Positions 18,810 to 28,360 of a DNA stretch of 64,000 nucleotides are shown here, piece by piece. A model generated the notes under the pieces. The model did not search any database. It worked only from the letters and a program-made list of their open reading frames with translations, and was not told the origin of the DNA. Location: assembly GCA_013285995.1 (NCBI GenBank), contig JABDGN010000002.1:10717-74716 (forward strand), in the 5' to 3' direction. Origin of the DNA: Gammaproteobacteria bacterium. Lineage in GTDB: Bacteria > Pseudomonadota > Gammaproteobacteria > JABDGN01. How positions within the stretch are numbered: the stretch's first letter is position 1; each line of letters opens with the position of its first letter. Made by a program: the position numbers and the translations under genes.

Positions 18810-20213
18810 TTAATCTAATTTTTGAACCAGTTGCGAAAGCGGCGCATTGCCATAGCTGACTTTACGTGCGCTTTGGTCATAATCAATATCAATTTCTTTG
18901 GTGATATCGATATTCAGTCTTAACTGTTTATTGTTGCGTGGATCGAAACTGGGAACGTATACAAAATCATAGGAACTTTGTACACGTTCTTGCCACCATT
19001 GTTGTGTCGCTTGTGCAGCTCCTCCTAACGCTTGTCCGGCAGCATACGTATTCGAGTTACCGACAATTTGCGTAATCGAACTGGGTACGCCTGCACCCAT
19101 ACTGCTTTGCGTTAAGGTTTGTGCGCTGGATAGAGCATTACCATAAGCTTGTACGCCACTGGTTGCGGCAATGCCTAGCAAGTAGAGTGTGGCATTAGAG
19201 ACTAAGATCCCTTTAATTTGTGGATTGCCGTATTGATCGGAGATAGTGCCCAATGAATCATTGTCACCGGTGACATTCGTTGTAGAAATACGACCATCAG
19301 GAAAGACAAAAGTTAAACTCACCACATTACAGGTTACACTGCTCGCTAATAAATCGCCTTTACACACGGCGCGTCCCACTGCGCCTTTTAAATTCGCAGG
19401 GATCATGACGCCATTCGCAGCAATATTTTTGGCTTCCACCACAAACTTAAACGAACGTGGATCCGTCACAACACCATTACGTGGAATACGACCAATCAAT
19501 GGCTGCATCGCAATCGCATCGGTAAGTGTGGCGTTTTCAGGAATGGTCATGTACGGTGTTGGCGCGGGTTTATCACCGGAAGTGCTTAAGCCTGAATGAC
19601 TGAAGGAGGATGCGCTATTATTTGCAGGTGATAACAGTTGCGAAGCAACTGATTTAACGCTTGATAATCCTGAGCTATCATTATTCACACCATTACTTGC
19701 CCCATCACTGTCACTATTGCCTTGCGTACTACTTGCAGTTCCAGACTGATTTATTCCGCTTTGATCCTGGATCCACACAAAGCTATTTTTAGGTTGAGCA
19801 TTTTTCTCAGACGGAGCAGATTTCTTGTTGTCGTTATTTACTAATTGGTTCAACTTATTGGTCATCGTTGATAAGGTAGTTTGCAACGATGAAATTTCTT
19901 GCTGAGAATTATTTTCGGAAGTTTGCAGTTGATTCTGCAAATCGGCCTGCAATTTATCCTGTTGCGATTTCTGCTGCTCTTGTGTTGCTTTTAACTGGTT
20001 ATTTTGGGCAATCAACGTTTGTAAGGTTTCATTCGCACTGTCGCCAGTGCTGTTGTCATTAAGCCGCTTAACAGTTGGCGCTGCATTATTGGTGCTGATA
20101 GGTGAACTACTGCTGTGATGAAATACTTTCGCCAATATAATTAAAACAACGAACACACCAACTGCAATAATGCCGCATACTTTTAATGAAAGATGATTTG
20201 ATTTTATACTCAT
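18810..20213 (-). CDS. ICE conjugation protein, bitopic with Gln-rich coiled coil (PFL_4705-like by synteny)
   Basis: N-terminal TM segment, a Q/N/S-rich spacer and a conserved-looking C-terminal domain. 467 aa. Confidence 0.7.
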   Translation of the reverse strand: MSIKSNHLSLKVCGIIAVGVFVVLIILAKVFHHSSSSPISTNNAAPTVKRLNDNSTGDSANETLQTLIAQNNQLKATQEQQKSQQDKLQADLQNQLQTSENNSQQEISSLQTTLSTMTNKLNQLVNNDNKKSAPSEKNAQPKNSFVWIQDQSGINQSGTASSTQGNSDSDGASNGVNNDSSGLSSVKSVASQLLSPANNSASSFSHSGLSTSGDKPAPTPYMTIPENATLTDAIAMQPLIGRIPRNGVVTDPRSFKFVVEAKNIAANGVMIPANLKGAVGRAVCKGDLLASSVTCNVVSLTFVFPDGRISTTNVTGDNDSLGTISDQYGNPQIKGILVSNATLYLLGIAATSGVQAYGNALSSAQTLTQSSMGAGVPSSITQIVGNSNTYAAGQALGGAAQATQQWWQERVQSSYDFVYVPSFDPRNNKQLRLNIDITKEIDIDYDQSARKVSYGNAPLSQLVQKLD

Positions 20214-20223
20214 TATGATTCTC

Positions 20224-20985
20224 CTAACCTTGGCACTGTTGTTGCATTATTTGTCCAAACGCAGTGTTTGCAACGAGGAACACAACAGCGCTGTCGCCAG
20301 GCTCGCCGCGTGAGGCTAAATGATTGGTGGGCAAAAAGGTAATGGCTTGCCAGGTTCCGCATAGCAAAGCAGGTGTAATCGTTAATGGTGTAGTCAATTG
20401 ATTACGCACGTTAACGGCGGTCACGATGACATTATCTTTTTGCCAGGACTGTAAGGGTTCAGCAATTGCCGAGTTATCCAATAGCAACGGCTCCGTATGA
20501 TGTGCCTGCATCGGACTTTGGCTAATCGTTGGATCGGTTGGCAACAACCGTATGGGAGCGAATAACATTTGCGCCGCATACCGGGTTAAGGCAACATAAT
20601 TTTCTGCACCTGAATTAGCAATGCTTTGCTGCGCAATCGCCTGATTAGGGTATGTTATGGTGACTGGCTGCGTATTACCCTGTGTGCCTGCCGAAATATT
20701 TAGCAAAACCAAACTATTCGTCACGGTATCTTTTACTTGTACACGGCGAACGACAAACGAATTTTTAGCGGTTAAATACAATGTGCCGTTAGTATTCGTG
20801 ACGCTCACGTTATTCAGAAAATCCTGATCGGCTCCCACCATCACCGCATTGGGAAACGTCACCATTTTTTCTTTTGCGACAGGTAGAACGATGTTAATCG
20901 GATCACGCGACCAAACAGCAGTTTGGTCAGCCATGACGGTTGTGGTTATTAAAAGACTGACTATTAATATTATTATTTTGTTCAT
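20224..20985 (-). CDS. ICE conjugation protein, secreted (PFL_4704-like by synteny)
   Basis: Signal peptide MNKIIILIVSLLITTTVMA. 253 aa. Confidence 0.7.
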   Translation of the reverse strand: MNKIIILIVSLLITTTVMADQTAVWSRDPINIVLPVAKEKMVTFPNAVMVGADQDFLNNVSVTNTNGTLYLTAKNSFVVRRVQVKDTVTNSLVLLNISAGTQGNTQPVTITYPNQAIAQQSIANSGAENYVALTRYAAQMLFAPIRLLPTDPTISQSPMQAHHTEPLLLDNSAIAEPLQSWQKDNVIVTAVNVRNQLTTPLTITPALLCGTWQAITFLPTNHLASRGEPGDSAVVFLVANTAFGQIMQQQCQG

Positions 20986-20994
20986 AATGCTTTC

Positions 20995-21636
20995 CTACAC
21001 GTTAGTTGAAATTCGAACCGGCTCTTCGGCAAAACCTTCAATCGCCAGCCCCCACAGATTGCCCGCATCGCTGTCATGCACCACATGGATCTTGTATTGC
21101 ATGACAACATCTTTAATCACTTGCAGCTGACCTTCTTTTTCGCTCATGGTTTCTGTTAAACGCATTTGCATCGTCACTATCCAGCTACCGTCGCTGAGAG
21201 ATTGCACATCGCTTGGGTCGTAAACATTGTCATTCATACCGGTTAAGGTACGCATGCGTCCGGCTAATTCGCCGCCTTTATCGCGCGCTTTCTCATCGCT
21301 TTTTAACAAGTTGTAAAATGAGATAGTCAGACAAGGTTTGATTTTCTCAATGTTGACCGGATACTCCCGTTGTCCATCGGTTTGCCAATGATTGACCAGC
21401 GACCAGGCGTAATAAACAAAGGAATACACTTGCGTAGGCGATAGCTGCTCTTGTTTTAATACAATGCCTTCCGCTGGTATTTGCGGTGGGACAAACACAC
21501 GGATCTGTTTGGGTTCGCTAATCAATCCATGGATTGATACTACGTTGATAATCGCTGACAGAGCCAACGCTATTAGCGAAACAATCAGCGCCAACTTAGC
21601 GTTGGCTAAACTACTTCTAAATAAACTCATACTCAT
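20995..21636 (-). CDS. ICE conjugation protein with N-terminal TM (PFL_4703-like by synteny)
   Basis: Start chosen at MSMSLFRSSLANAKLALIVSL, which gives an ATGA overlap with the upstream gene. The 312-aa track version overlaps 21633..21989 in another frame. Confidence 0.65.
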   Translation of the reverse strand: MSMSLFRSSLANAKLALIVSLIALALSAIINVVSIHGLISEPKQIRVFVPPQIPAEGIVLKQEQLSPTQVYSFVYYAWSLVNHWQTDGQREYPVNIEKIKPCLTISFYNLLKSDEKARDKGGELAGRMRTLTGMNDNVYDPSDVQSLSDGSWIVTMQMRLTETMSEKEGQLQVIKDVVMQYKIHVVHDSDAGNLWGLAIEGFAEEPVRISTNV

Positions 21637-21989
21637 TTCCTCCCCACGATCCAACGACTGGATCGACGTAATAATTTGCTTTGATATAACCCATACTGTT
21701 CCAGTTTGTAGAAAATTAATTGACTGACATAGCCGCGTGGTTTTCCCTGTTTGAATTTTTGCAAAAGTCCTGTCGTTAAATAAACAAAGCCGATGGCACC
21801 GACAATGCCGAATGCCATGCCAAATAAAAAATGACCTAATACCAATAAACTTAATAAACTGAATAACGGGCAGCCAACGCCTAAGCATGCAATGGATAAC
21901 CAAATCAACTCTGACATCGAGCAACCCCGCCAAATAGGAGCATCCTGATTTAAACGACTTGGAATGACGTCAATATTTTTATCCCACAT
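21633..21989 (-). CDS. small ICE membrane protein (DUF3487-like by synteny)
   Basis: Two hydrophobic segments. 118 aa. Confidence 0.65.
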   Translation of the reverse strand: MWDKNIDVIPSRLNQDAPIWRGCSMSELIWLSIACLGVGCPLFSLLSLLVLGHFLFGMAFGIVGAIGFVYLTTGLLQKFKQGKPRGYVSQLIFYKLEQYGLYQSKLLRRSSRWIVGRK

Positions 21990-22078
21990 AAAAAAGTCCT
22001 CTGATAAATTCTTTCAAAACAATATCTGCTTATCAGCCAAACAAAAAAGCTGACAGATAAAGTTTTGAAAGATAAATG

Positions 22079-22474
22079 TTATTTGCCAGTGTAATTAAGA
22101 CCTAACCACGCAAAGGCAATTAAACAAATCGCACAAACGACGGCGATGGCCGAATAAATAACGGTACTCATCATGCCGCTGTGCTCGTTATTTTCACTGC
22201 CGTGTTTCATTTGCTTGTAAATCGCCATGATTGCGCCAATGATGACCAGTGCGCCTACCAGAGTGAGCGTCCATTTCATTGCGCTTTCAATTAAAAGGCC
22301 CAATGAACCCGCGACATCGCCATTGGATATCGTGGGACAACTGCCGCCGGAACAAAAAGAAGGCTGGCTGGTATCTGCTTTTGCAACACTGCTCATTACA
22401 AACAAACTGCCTGCCACCGTCAGGTACAAGGCTTTTTCTTTTACTTGATTTATTATTTTTTTAACTATTTTCAT
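22079..22474 (-). CDS. pilin-like ICE membrane protein
   Basis: Long signal peptide ending VAKA, followed by two C-terminal TM segments. Size and position are typical of the MPF-G pilin candidate. Confidence 0.65.
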   Translation of the reverse strand: MKIVKKIINQVKEKALYLTVAGSLFVMSSVAKADTSQPSFCSGGSCPTISNGDVAGSLGLLIESAMKWTLTLVGALVIIGAIMAIYKQMKHGSENNEHSGMMSTVIYSAIAVVCAICLIAFAWLGLNYTGK

Positions 22475-22501
22475 ATTATTGTTCTCCGCTAGTGTGTTGA
22501 G

Positions 22502-22738
22502 CTAAAGGCTCATGATGATTAATATTAAAGGCACGATAAATATCGCCCCCATTAAATACACAACAAACATCATGTCATCAGGACGATTAGCATCGCCTAA
22601 TAAATGAACGAGTTGTGCAATTAGTGCAACTGCGACTAAGATCGCAATCGCGCCTAATACGACTTGTGACCATCCGTGTAACCAATCAGGCAAAAATCCT
22701 GCGCCTGCTTTAAATGCATCAATCTGATCGGCTGTCAT
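22502..22738 (-). CDS. small ICE membrane protein (78 aa)
   Basis: Two TM segments, with a 4-nt overlap with the upstream gene. Confidence 0.6.
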   Translation of the reverse strand: MTADQIDAFKAGAGFLPDWLHGWSQVVLGAIAILVAVALIAQLVHLLGDANRPDDMMFVVYLMGAIFIVPLILIIMSL

Positions 22739-23064
22739 TGCTTCGCTCCTGGCGTGGCCTGGTTATCCAGAAAATCATTTTGCAACGGTGTGATGGTACG
22801 AGGTACTAAACTCACACCATTAATTTTCTGCGCAATACCGGCTTGAATAAGCTGGACATCGCCGCGTAATGCGGCATAATTAAAAATGACACGCTGATTC
22901 ATATCCTGATTCGCTTGTGCTTCATCGATTAATGGATACAGCGCATTTAAGATTGTGTTGATGCGCACCAGGTCGGTGTTTTCCAATTCAGGGTTGGGTG
23001 TTGGGGTGGCGGCGTAAGCGCTACCGACTGACAGTAAAACTAAAGTTAATAACAGACGTTTCAT
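22735..23064 (-). CDS. RAQPRD-family-like ICE periplasmic protein
   Basis: Signal peptide. 109 aa, with size and position matching the RAQPRD family, but the motif position reads SLVPRTITP (divergent). Confidence 0.55.
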   Translation of the reverse strand: MKRLLLTLVLLSVGSAYAATPTPNPELENTDLVRINTILNALYPLIDEAQANQDMNQRVIFNYAALRGDVQLIQAGIAQKINGVSLVPRTITPLQNDFLDNQATPGAKQ

Positions 23065-23083
23065 TATTTTTTTCTCCTCTTTG

Positions 23084-23782
23084 TTATAAGTATTTTTTAT
23101 AGTGCTTTATCATCACCGCCACCACGCAAGCTGCCAGCACGGTCACGGGTAATAAAATGTACATAGGGTTCACGGGATATAGGCAAATCAAATACACCCC
23201 ATATCCCACCAACAATACCGGCTTTAATAAGCGTCGCCATTGATGATAAATCAGTGAACTTTCACGGCCATTGCTGTAACGCCGCACCTCGCGTAGAACA
23301 AGGCCATCGACTAATCCGGTAAATAAGAACAACATTAAAAGAGGGATTGATAAAATAATCACGAGCAACTTCAACCCTATTAAAGCGGATAATAAAATGA
23401 TTGCCATTCCAACGAAGCTAATGGGATGGGCAAGATTTGTTAAACTTTTATTAAGCGTGAAGTTATGAGTATGTATTGTATGAATGGTGGGCAAAGCTTT
23501 TAACCAATCACACGAGCTTAGCGCCCATTGTGTAATAGCTTGTGTTGTTGAAATCAACACACTATAGCTATGCTGTTGCAATAACGTCGCCTGTAATAAA
23601 ATATTTTTTTCTAACAAAATAAAAGTAAAATTTATTCCTTTATAATAGCTGTAAATCCCCACAATACTGAGGGTGACTACCCATGCCAATAAAATAAAAA
23701 CGATAACACCCATTATCTGGTTAATAAATTTTGCAACGAATCCTGGGTTTTTATTCGATTGAGGTTTTTTAATCTGACTCAT
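23084..23782 (-). CDS. ICE inner-membrane protein (PFL_4697-like by synteny)
   Basis: 232 aa with 5-6 TM segments, coupled to the TraD-like gene. Confidence 0.65.
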   Translation of the reverse strand: MSQIKKPQSNKNPGFVAKFINQIMGVIVFILLAWVVTLSIVGIYSYYKGINFTFILLEKNILLQATLLQQHSYSVLISTTQAITQWALSSCDWLKALPTIHTIHTHNFTLNKSLTNLAHPISFVGMAIILLSALIGLKLLVIILSIPLLMLFLFTGLVDGLVLREVRRYSNGRESSLIYHQWRRLLKPVLLVGYGVYLICLYPVNPMYILLPVTVLAACVVAVMIKHYKKYL

Positions 23783-25794
23783 ACTTTACCTCCCATCGTT
23801 TGTAAACGATTCGCCCGACGTAGTAATGCTTCACCGACGCTATAACGTTCACTGAGCGGCAATTGATTGATATTTTTGCCGCCTGGTAAACGCGACATAT
23901 CATCAGCGGGTAACGGCAAACGCACTTTATAAATTTGTCCGCCATTCACCAGTGCAAATGCCTGGCCTTTTGGTAACTGCATGAGGCAATCTGCTGTTAA
24001 CAGCGGAACTTCCTGCGTCGTTAGCCGATCTTCATTGCTGGAACGAAAATCGGAATCTTTTGAGGCGAACTCGCCAGTGTCCGTCACTGTTGAAACTTGG
24101 GTACTTGAAACAACCGGCACTTTCGGCAATCGCTCAATAATCATTTCCGCCGTGCTTTTTTCTAATACGCGCAAACAGATAATCGTATTTAAGTTGCCTG
24201 CGATTTGTCCTGCTTTTTCGCGACTGTTTAATTTAGCAGCAACGTCTGTCCAGGTTTGCGTGTAAGCCGTTACGCAAAATTTTGCGCCACCGGCTTTGTT
24301 TAAGAGGGGAATAAATTCGTTACCGATGAGTTCGTTAAACTCATCGGCATGCAGACACACACGGTTATCAATATTGCCTTCTTTGTAGCGTTTACCGGCA
24401 ACCGATACTAAATCAGCAAACATGGAATTGCCGACAGCTTCAGCGACAGTCTTGTCAGATAACGCATCTAATCCGACATACACAATCTTCTTTTGTTCAA
24501 TGACCATGTTCCAATTAAAGGATGGGCGATGATCATTACCTTGAGTCGGGGAAATTAATTCAACTGTTCGGCCCGATGTGAGTTTTTCTAATAAAGGTAA
24601 TAGTGAGGCGGTAATTTTGTCGTAATAGGTTTTATCGTAATTAAAACTGGACATCAGCCCTTCAATGACATCATCACTAAAACGGTTTTCTTCAATAAAA
24701 CGCACTAAAGCAATATGTTTTCTGGGTTTGCCTGATAAATTACGGGGAATTTCTTTTTCAGACAAATTGTCAGCAATAGTTTCAACCACTGTTTCCCATT
24801 CGGCATTTTTGCGTGATAACACGAGGTCGGCATAATCCCACAATAAATCATCAACACGGCCAATGTGGTGCTGAATTTCTAAATAGGTGGGTGTGCGACC
24901 TAAAGCCACCAGTGCTTTAGTAATAATATTGGTAAACCGCCAGGCAAATTCACGAAAGGCTTGACTGTCACCAGAGCCAGGTAATTGATTGGCGATGCGA
25001 TTAGCTACTTCTGTGATCCGTTCGAAATCGCCGATTGGATTATAACGTGCCGATACGTCGGGAAATCCTAAATGAAAGGCAATCACATCTTTTTCGCGTC
25101 CTATACGTTCGGCTTCAAATAATACGCGGCGCAAAAGATCTTGGTCACCTTTTGGATCGATGACGATAACGCAATCGCCACGTTCGATATCCTGAATAAT
25201 ATTCGTTTCCAGAGCACGGGTTTTACCGACGCGGGTTGTGCCTAAATATAAAGTATGCGCAACACGTTCACCCTGATTGATAAAAACATCTTCTTCGTCA
25301 ATCTCAATACCATGCAAGGCCGGATTGCCGCCTTCAACACGATCCGTTTCCGTCGCCAAGTATTTAGTATGATCCGGATCGCTCAATTCTTTTAAACGCT
25401 GTGTATGCAGAGACGTCCATTTGAACCCACGTCCGATAAATTGTCGTTCCGGCATGCGCCGTTGATGCATGCGAACCAATTGCTGTGACGACAATTGGTA
25501 ATACGGTAATGTTTTCAAATGATGTTGGTAAAGCAGCGCACGTAAGCCTTGCAAAAATCGTTTGGCGGCCAGTAGTAGTAGCACTGTTACACAAACAACC
25601 AGCATAATCTGAGTCAGCATCAATTGATGTGCGAAAGTAAGGCACAAAACAGCCGCCATACTTAAGACCAGTGTGGAATACCATTCCACAGGAGGACGTA
25701 ACAAACCCTCTAGTGGATAGGCATTATGATGTCGGCCTAATCGGTACGTTAACCGAAGCAGCCAGGGATAGGCGGCGAGTTTATTTGTTATCAT
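23779..25794 (-). CDS. traD: type IV coupling protein, TraD/VirD4-like
   Basis: 671 aa with two N-terminal TM segments. Walker A LGTTRVGKTRALE and Walker B-like VCLHADEFNEL. Confidence 0.9.
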   Translation of the reverse strand: MITNKLAAYPWLLRLTYRLGRHHNAYPLEGLLRPPVEWYSTLVLSMAAVLCLTFAHQLMLTQIMLVVCVTVLLLLAAKRFLQGLRALLYQHHLKTLPYYQLSSQQLVRMHQRRMPERQFIGRGFKWTSLHTQRLKELSDPDHTKYLATETDRVEGGNPALHGIEIDEEDVFINQGERVAHTLYLGTTRVGKTRALETNIIQDIERGDCVIVIDPKGDQDLLRRVLFEAERIGREKDVIAFHLGFPDVSARYNPIGDFERITEVANRIANQLPGSGDSQAFREFAWRFTNIITKALVALGRTPTYLEIQHHIGRVDDLLWDYADLVLSRKNAEWETVVETIADNLSEKEIPRNLSGKPRKHIALVRFIEENRFSDDVIEGLMSSFNYDKTYYDKITASLLPLLEKLTSGRTVELISPTQGNDHRPSFNWNMVIEQKKIVYVGLDALSDKTVAEAVGNSMFADLVSVAGKRYKEGNIDNRVCLHADEFNELIGNEFIPLLNKAGGAKFCVTAYTQTWTDVAAKLNSREKAGQIAGNLNTIICLRVLEKSTAEMIIERLPKVPVVSSTQVSTVTDTGEFASKDSDFRSSNEDRLTTQEVPLLTADCLMQLPKGQAFALVNGGQIYKVRLPLPADDMSRLPGGKNINQLPLSERYSVGEALLRRANRLQTMGGKV

Positions 25795-26284
25795 TGTTTA
25801 TACTCGCTCTTGTTATTAAAACCGGATAATTTTTTATATGAAACAACTCCGCAAAATCATCGCCGTTCATAGGCGTCAGCGATAATCGGGTCGCATTGCT
25901 AATCGCGTCAAACTCAGCTTGTCCGTTACAATTAACTAAAAACCCTGCCGCGTTAATTTTTTCTAACTCGTCCGCATTCTTTTTCATCCAATTCAGCGAT
26001 AAAGCATCATCGCCAACTATAAAAATTGGTTGGGTAATATTATTTTCAGCCATAGTTGATGCAACATTCCCAGGTGACAAGGTTGTTGTTTTAACGGTAT
26101 AAAAATTATTTAGATCAATCGTGTTGGGTGGAGCAACATCCTGCGTCATATCCTGTGCGCTGCTATTCATCATCGCTTGAATTAGGCTGCTCACGTCAAC
26201 CGTTTGTCCGACACGGGTGACATTGACTCCTGCAACAGCGCATGAACCTATTAATAAGTACGTCATGAAAAGCATCAGTTTCAT
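25781..26284 (-). CDS. ICE periplasmic protein (167 aa)
   Basis: Signal peptide present, within the cluster, with a 4-nt overlap upstream. Confidence 0.65.
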   Translation of the reverse strand: MKLMLFMTYLLIGSCAVAGVNVTRVGQTVDVSSLIQAMMNSSAQDMTQDVAPPNTIDLNNFYTVKTTTLSPGNVASTMAENNITQPIFIVGDDALSLNWMKKNADELEKINAAGFLVNCNGQAEFDAISNATRLSLTPMNGDDFAELFHIKNYPVLITRASINNDNK

Positions 26285-26745
26285 GGTTGACCTCCCACTA
26301 AAACAGGCTTTTCGTTTGGATATAGCTCTAATATTTTATTATGAAAGTCACGGTTAACCTGGAACTCACGCGCATCGCGATCATGTTCATTACGCGCAGC
26401 TTGTGTCAGGTAACGTTGATAATCCGTATCATTCGTGGCAGCAATCGCTAATACAAAGTTAGGATCTAAACTTTGATCTTTGTAATAGGTTCCGTATTTT
26501 GTATCTGACATTAATTGTTGATAGTGTTGGTAGTCAGTGAAATTCATCCCCCACGACTGAGCTTGCAGTGATGCAAGTGCTATTGCATGTGGCAATTCTT
26601 GGCTCTCTTTTACACTGTCATTACCCGATGTATTGATCTGTCCATTCTGATATTGCGTGGTTTGTGTTTCACTGCTCGCAAATACATTGATGAAAAACAA
26701 TACAGATAATAAGCAACTCATGACGATGATATTTTTCTTATGCAT
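26281..26745 (-). CDS. ICE secreted protein (154 aa)
   Basis: Signal peptide present, within the cluster. Confidence 0.65.
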   Translation of the reverse strand: MHKKNIIVMSCLLSVLFFINVFASSETQTTQYQNGQINTSGNDSVKESQELPHAIALASLQAQSWGMNFTDYQHYQQLMSDTKYGTYYKDQSLDPNFVLAIAATNDTDYQRYLTQAARNEHDRDAREFQVNRDFHNKILELYPNEKPVLVGGQP

Positions 26746-26748
26746 GGT

Positions 26749-26928
26749 TTAACTCCGGCATCGTTCGCCATCCGGCAACATCGTATGACGTTCGGCAGCA
26801 GGCTTGCTTAAATCAGTGATTAATACTGGTGCTGAAACACAGGCTTTTTTAGTTTGCTGCGCTGTTTGCAACGAAGCACAGGCCGATAAACACAGGGTGA
26901 TAGCTAATAAAGTGATTATCTTTTTCAT
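26749..26928 (-). CDS. small lipoprotein (59 aa), not in ORF track
   Basis: MKKIITLLAITLCLSACASLQ... has lipobox LSAC. It fills the gap between 26745 and 26931 and is just under the track cutoff. Confidence 0.55.
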   Translation of the reverse strand: MKKIITLLAITLCLSACASLQTAQQTKKACVSAPVLITDLSKPAAERHTMLPDGERCRS

Positions 26929-26930
26929 TA

Positions 26931-27563
26931 TTACACCCCTACCTTAACCATTTGATGATTAGCGTTCTGAAAAATCACGTTATGGTTGTCAGGATTAATT
27001 TGGATAATTGTCCAACCGTTGCGTGTTTCGCCTTGGCCAATTAAATCGTTTTGATTGTTTAAGGTGATGGTAAGCTTCGGTTCGCCATTCCAGTAATCAA
27101 GACCCAGCACATGAAACGGCAATGCGCTTTCATTTAAGTAAGCAGGTGGTGTGACCGCTTTTTTAATGGCTTGTAAATTGGCGTTGAGTCCGGCGATTTT
27201 TTGCAATGTTTCCTGATGCGTTGCATCAATCACTTGTACGGTTTGACCTTGTAAGGTCGTATTTTGTGTACCGAGTTGACCTAGAGAGTCACTGACTTGT
27301 TGCCAGGCGCTTTGTACCTGCTGATTTACTTTTCCTTGGAAGGTTTGTGAAGTAGTGATATCCAGTGTTTTCAAGTCATTGACTTCTGAGTTAAGCACAC
27401 TGATTGCTTGAACAATTTGTTGTGCTTGGTTGGCATCGAATTTAGCGCGCGCATGTTCACCGCTACGATAAGATAGCCCTATAAGTAAAATCACTAATAA
27501 CAGCGCCAAACCGATAGCAGCAATTTTTCTAGGTTGATTAAATAAGGGAGTAAATAATTTCAT
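26931..27563 (-). CDS. ICE bitopic protein with coiled coil (210 aa)
   Basis: N-terminal TM segment followed by a Gln-rich helical region. Confidence 0.65.
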   Translation of the reverse strand: MKLFTPLFNQPRKIAAIGLALLLVILLIGLSYRSGEHARAKFDANQAQQIVQAISVLNSEVNDLKTLDITTSQTFQGKVNQQVQSAWQQVSDSLGQLGTQNTTLQGQTVQVIDATHQETLQKIAGLNANLQAIKKAVTPPAYLNESALPFHVLGLDYWNGEPKLTITLNNQNDLIGQGETRNGWTIIQINPDNHNVIFQNANHQMVKVGV

Positions 27564-27578
27564 AATGACCTCTTTTTA

Positions 27579-28001
27579 TTAGTAAAGTGTTTGATAAACA
27601 GGTTTTAGTTGATAAGACACCAAACGATGCACCGGATCAACCAACAACTGATAAGGTTGTCCCATCAGTGCAATTAAGGCATCCTGAATAGACACCGGCC
27701 CAATCGTGCGTGCTGATTGCGGTAATGGCTGGCTTAATGTCTTCGCTAACAGCGAATTTCTTTCCACACTGAGTTGATAGCCGCTATAAATCAGCAAATA
27801 AGTAATCGCTTCGCCCACCGTTTTAACGTTAGCAGGGAATGTACCCTGATATTGAGATTGCAACGGATCACGTTGCGCATCCGTTGTTACGGCTTGCGTC
27901 GTAAGATAACGGCCTACGTTAATGACTGGTTCAGCGGCGTGAACGGAATCTACTAAGCCCATGCCAGCCAGTAAGACAATAATAAAAACTGATAGTTTCA
28001 T
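27579..28001 (-). CDS. ICE secreted protein (140 aa)
   Basis: Signal peptide MKLSVFIIVLLAGMGLVDSVHA. Confidence 0.65.
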   Translation of the reverse strand: MKLSVFIIVLLAGMGLVDSVHAAEPVINVGRYLTTQAVTTDAQRDPLQSQYQGTFPANVKTVGEAITYLLIYSGYQLSVERNSLLAKTLSQPLPQSARTIGPVSIQDALIALMGQPYQLLVDPVHRLVSYQLKPVYQTLY

Positions 28002-28258
28002 ACTTCCTCCGCTAATAAATAATTTAATAAAGGTTCTTCGTTGCGCAAAACATCGAGTGAACTTTTGATGAGTGCTAATTCTGTTGCAAGCAAATTTCTA
28101 AACTCTGATAAACCGGATTTTTCGATCCGGCCTCGTTTTCCTTGCAATGCAATTTCCACATCAACGATTTCAGATTCAATAACACGGATTGTTTCAGCTA
28201 GTGATTTTGTAGAACGTTCAATCACTTTTTCTTTTATTTTTATTTCTGACGTACTCAT
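27998..28258 (-). CDS. first gene of transfer operon, small coiled-coil protein (86 aa)
   Basis: 4-nt overlap with the next gene. It lies divergent from the repressor gene. Confidence 0.55.
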   Translation of the reverse strand: MSTSEIKIKEKVIERSTKSLAETIRVIESEIVDVEIALQGKRGRIEKSGLSEFRNLLATELALIKSSLDVLRNEEPLLNYLLAEEV

Positions 28259-28360
28259 AATTTTTTTTCCTCTTATTATTTTTACGTGAGTTAAGGAGTT
28301 ATCTAATCACGGCCATCGAGATGTTTTTATTATTTTTAATAGCCTAATTAGCAACTCCTT

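Noticed and set aside
20995-21933. The 312-aa version of ORF 20995..21933.
   Set aside because: Its first 99 codons overlap ORF 21633..21989 in another frame and look non-protein-like. The internal start at 21636 gives an ATGA coupling and a sensible TM-anchored N-terminus.
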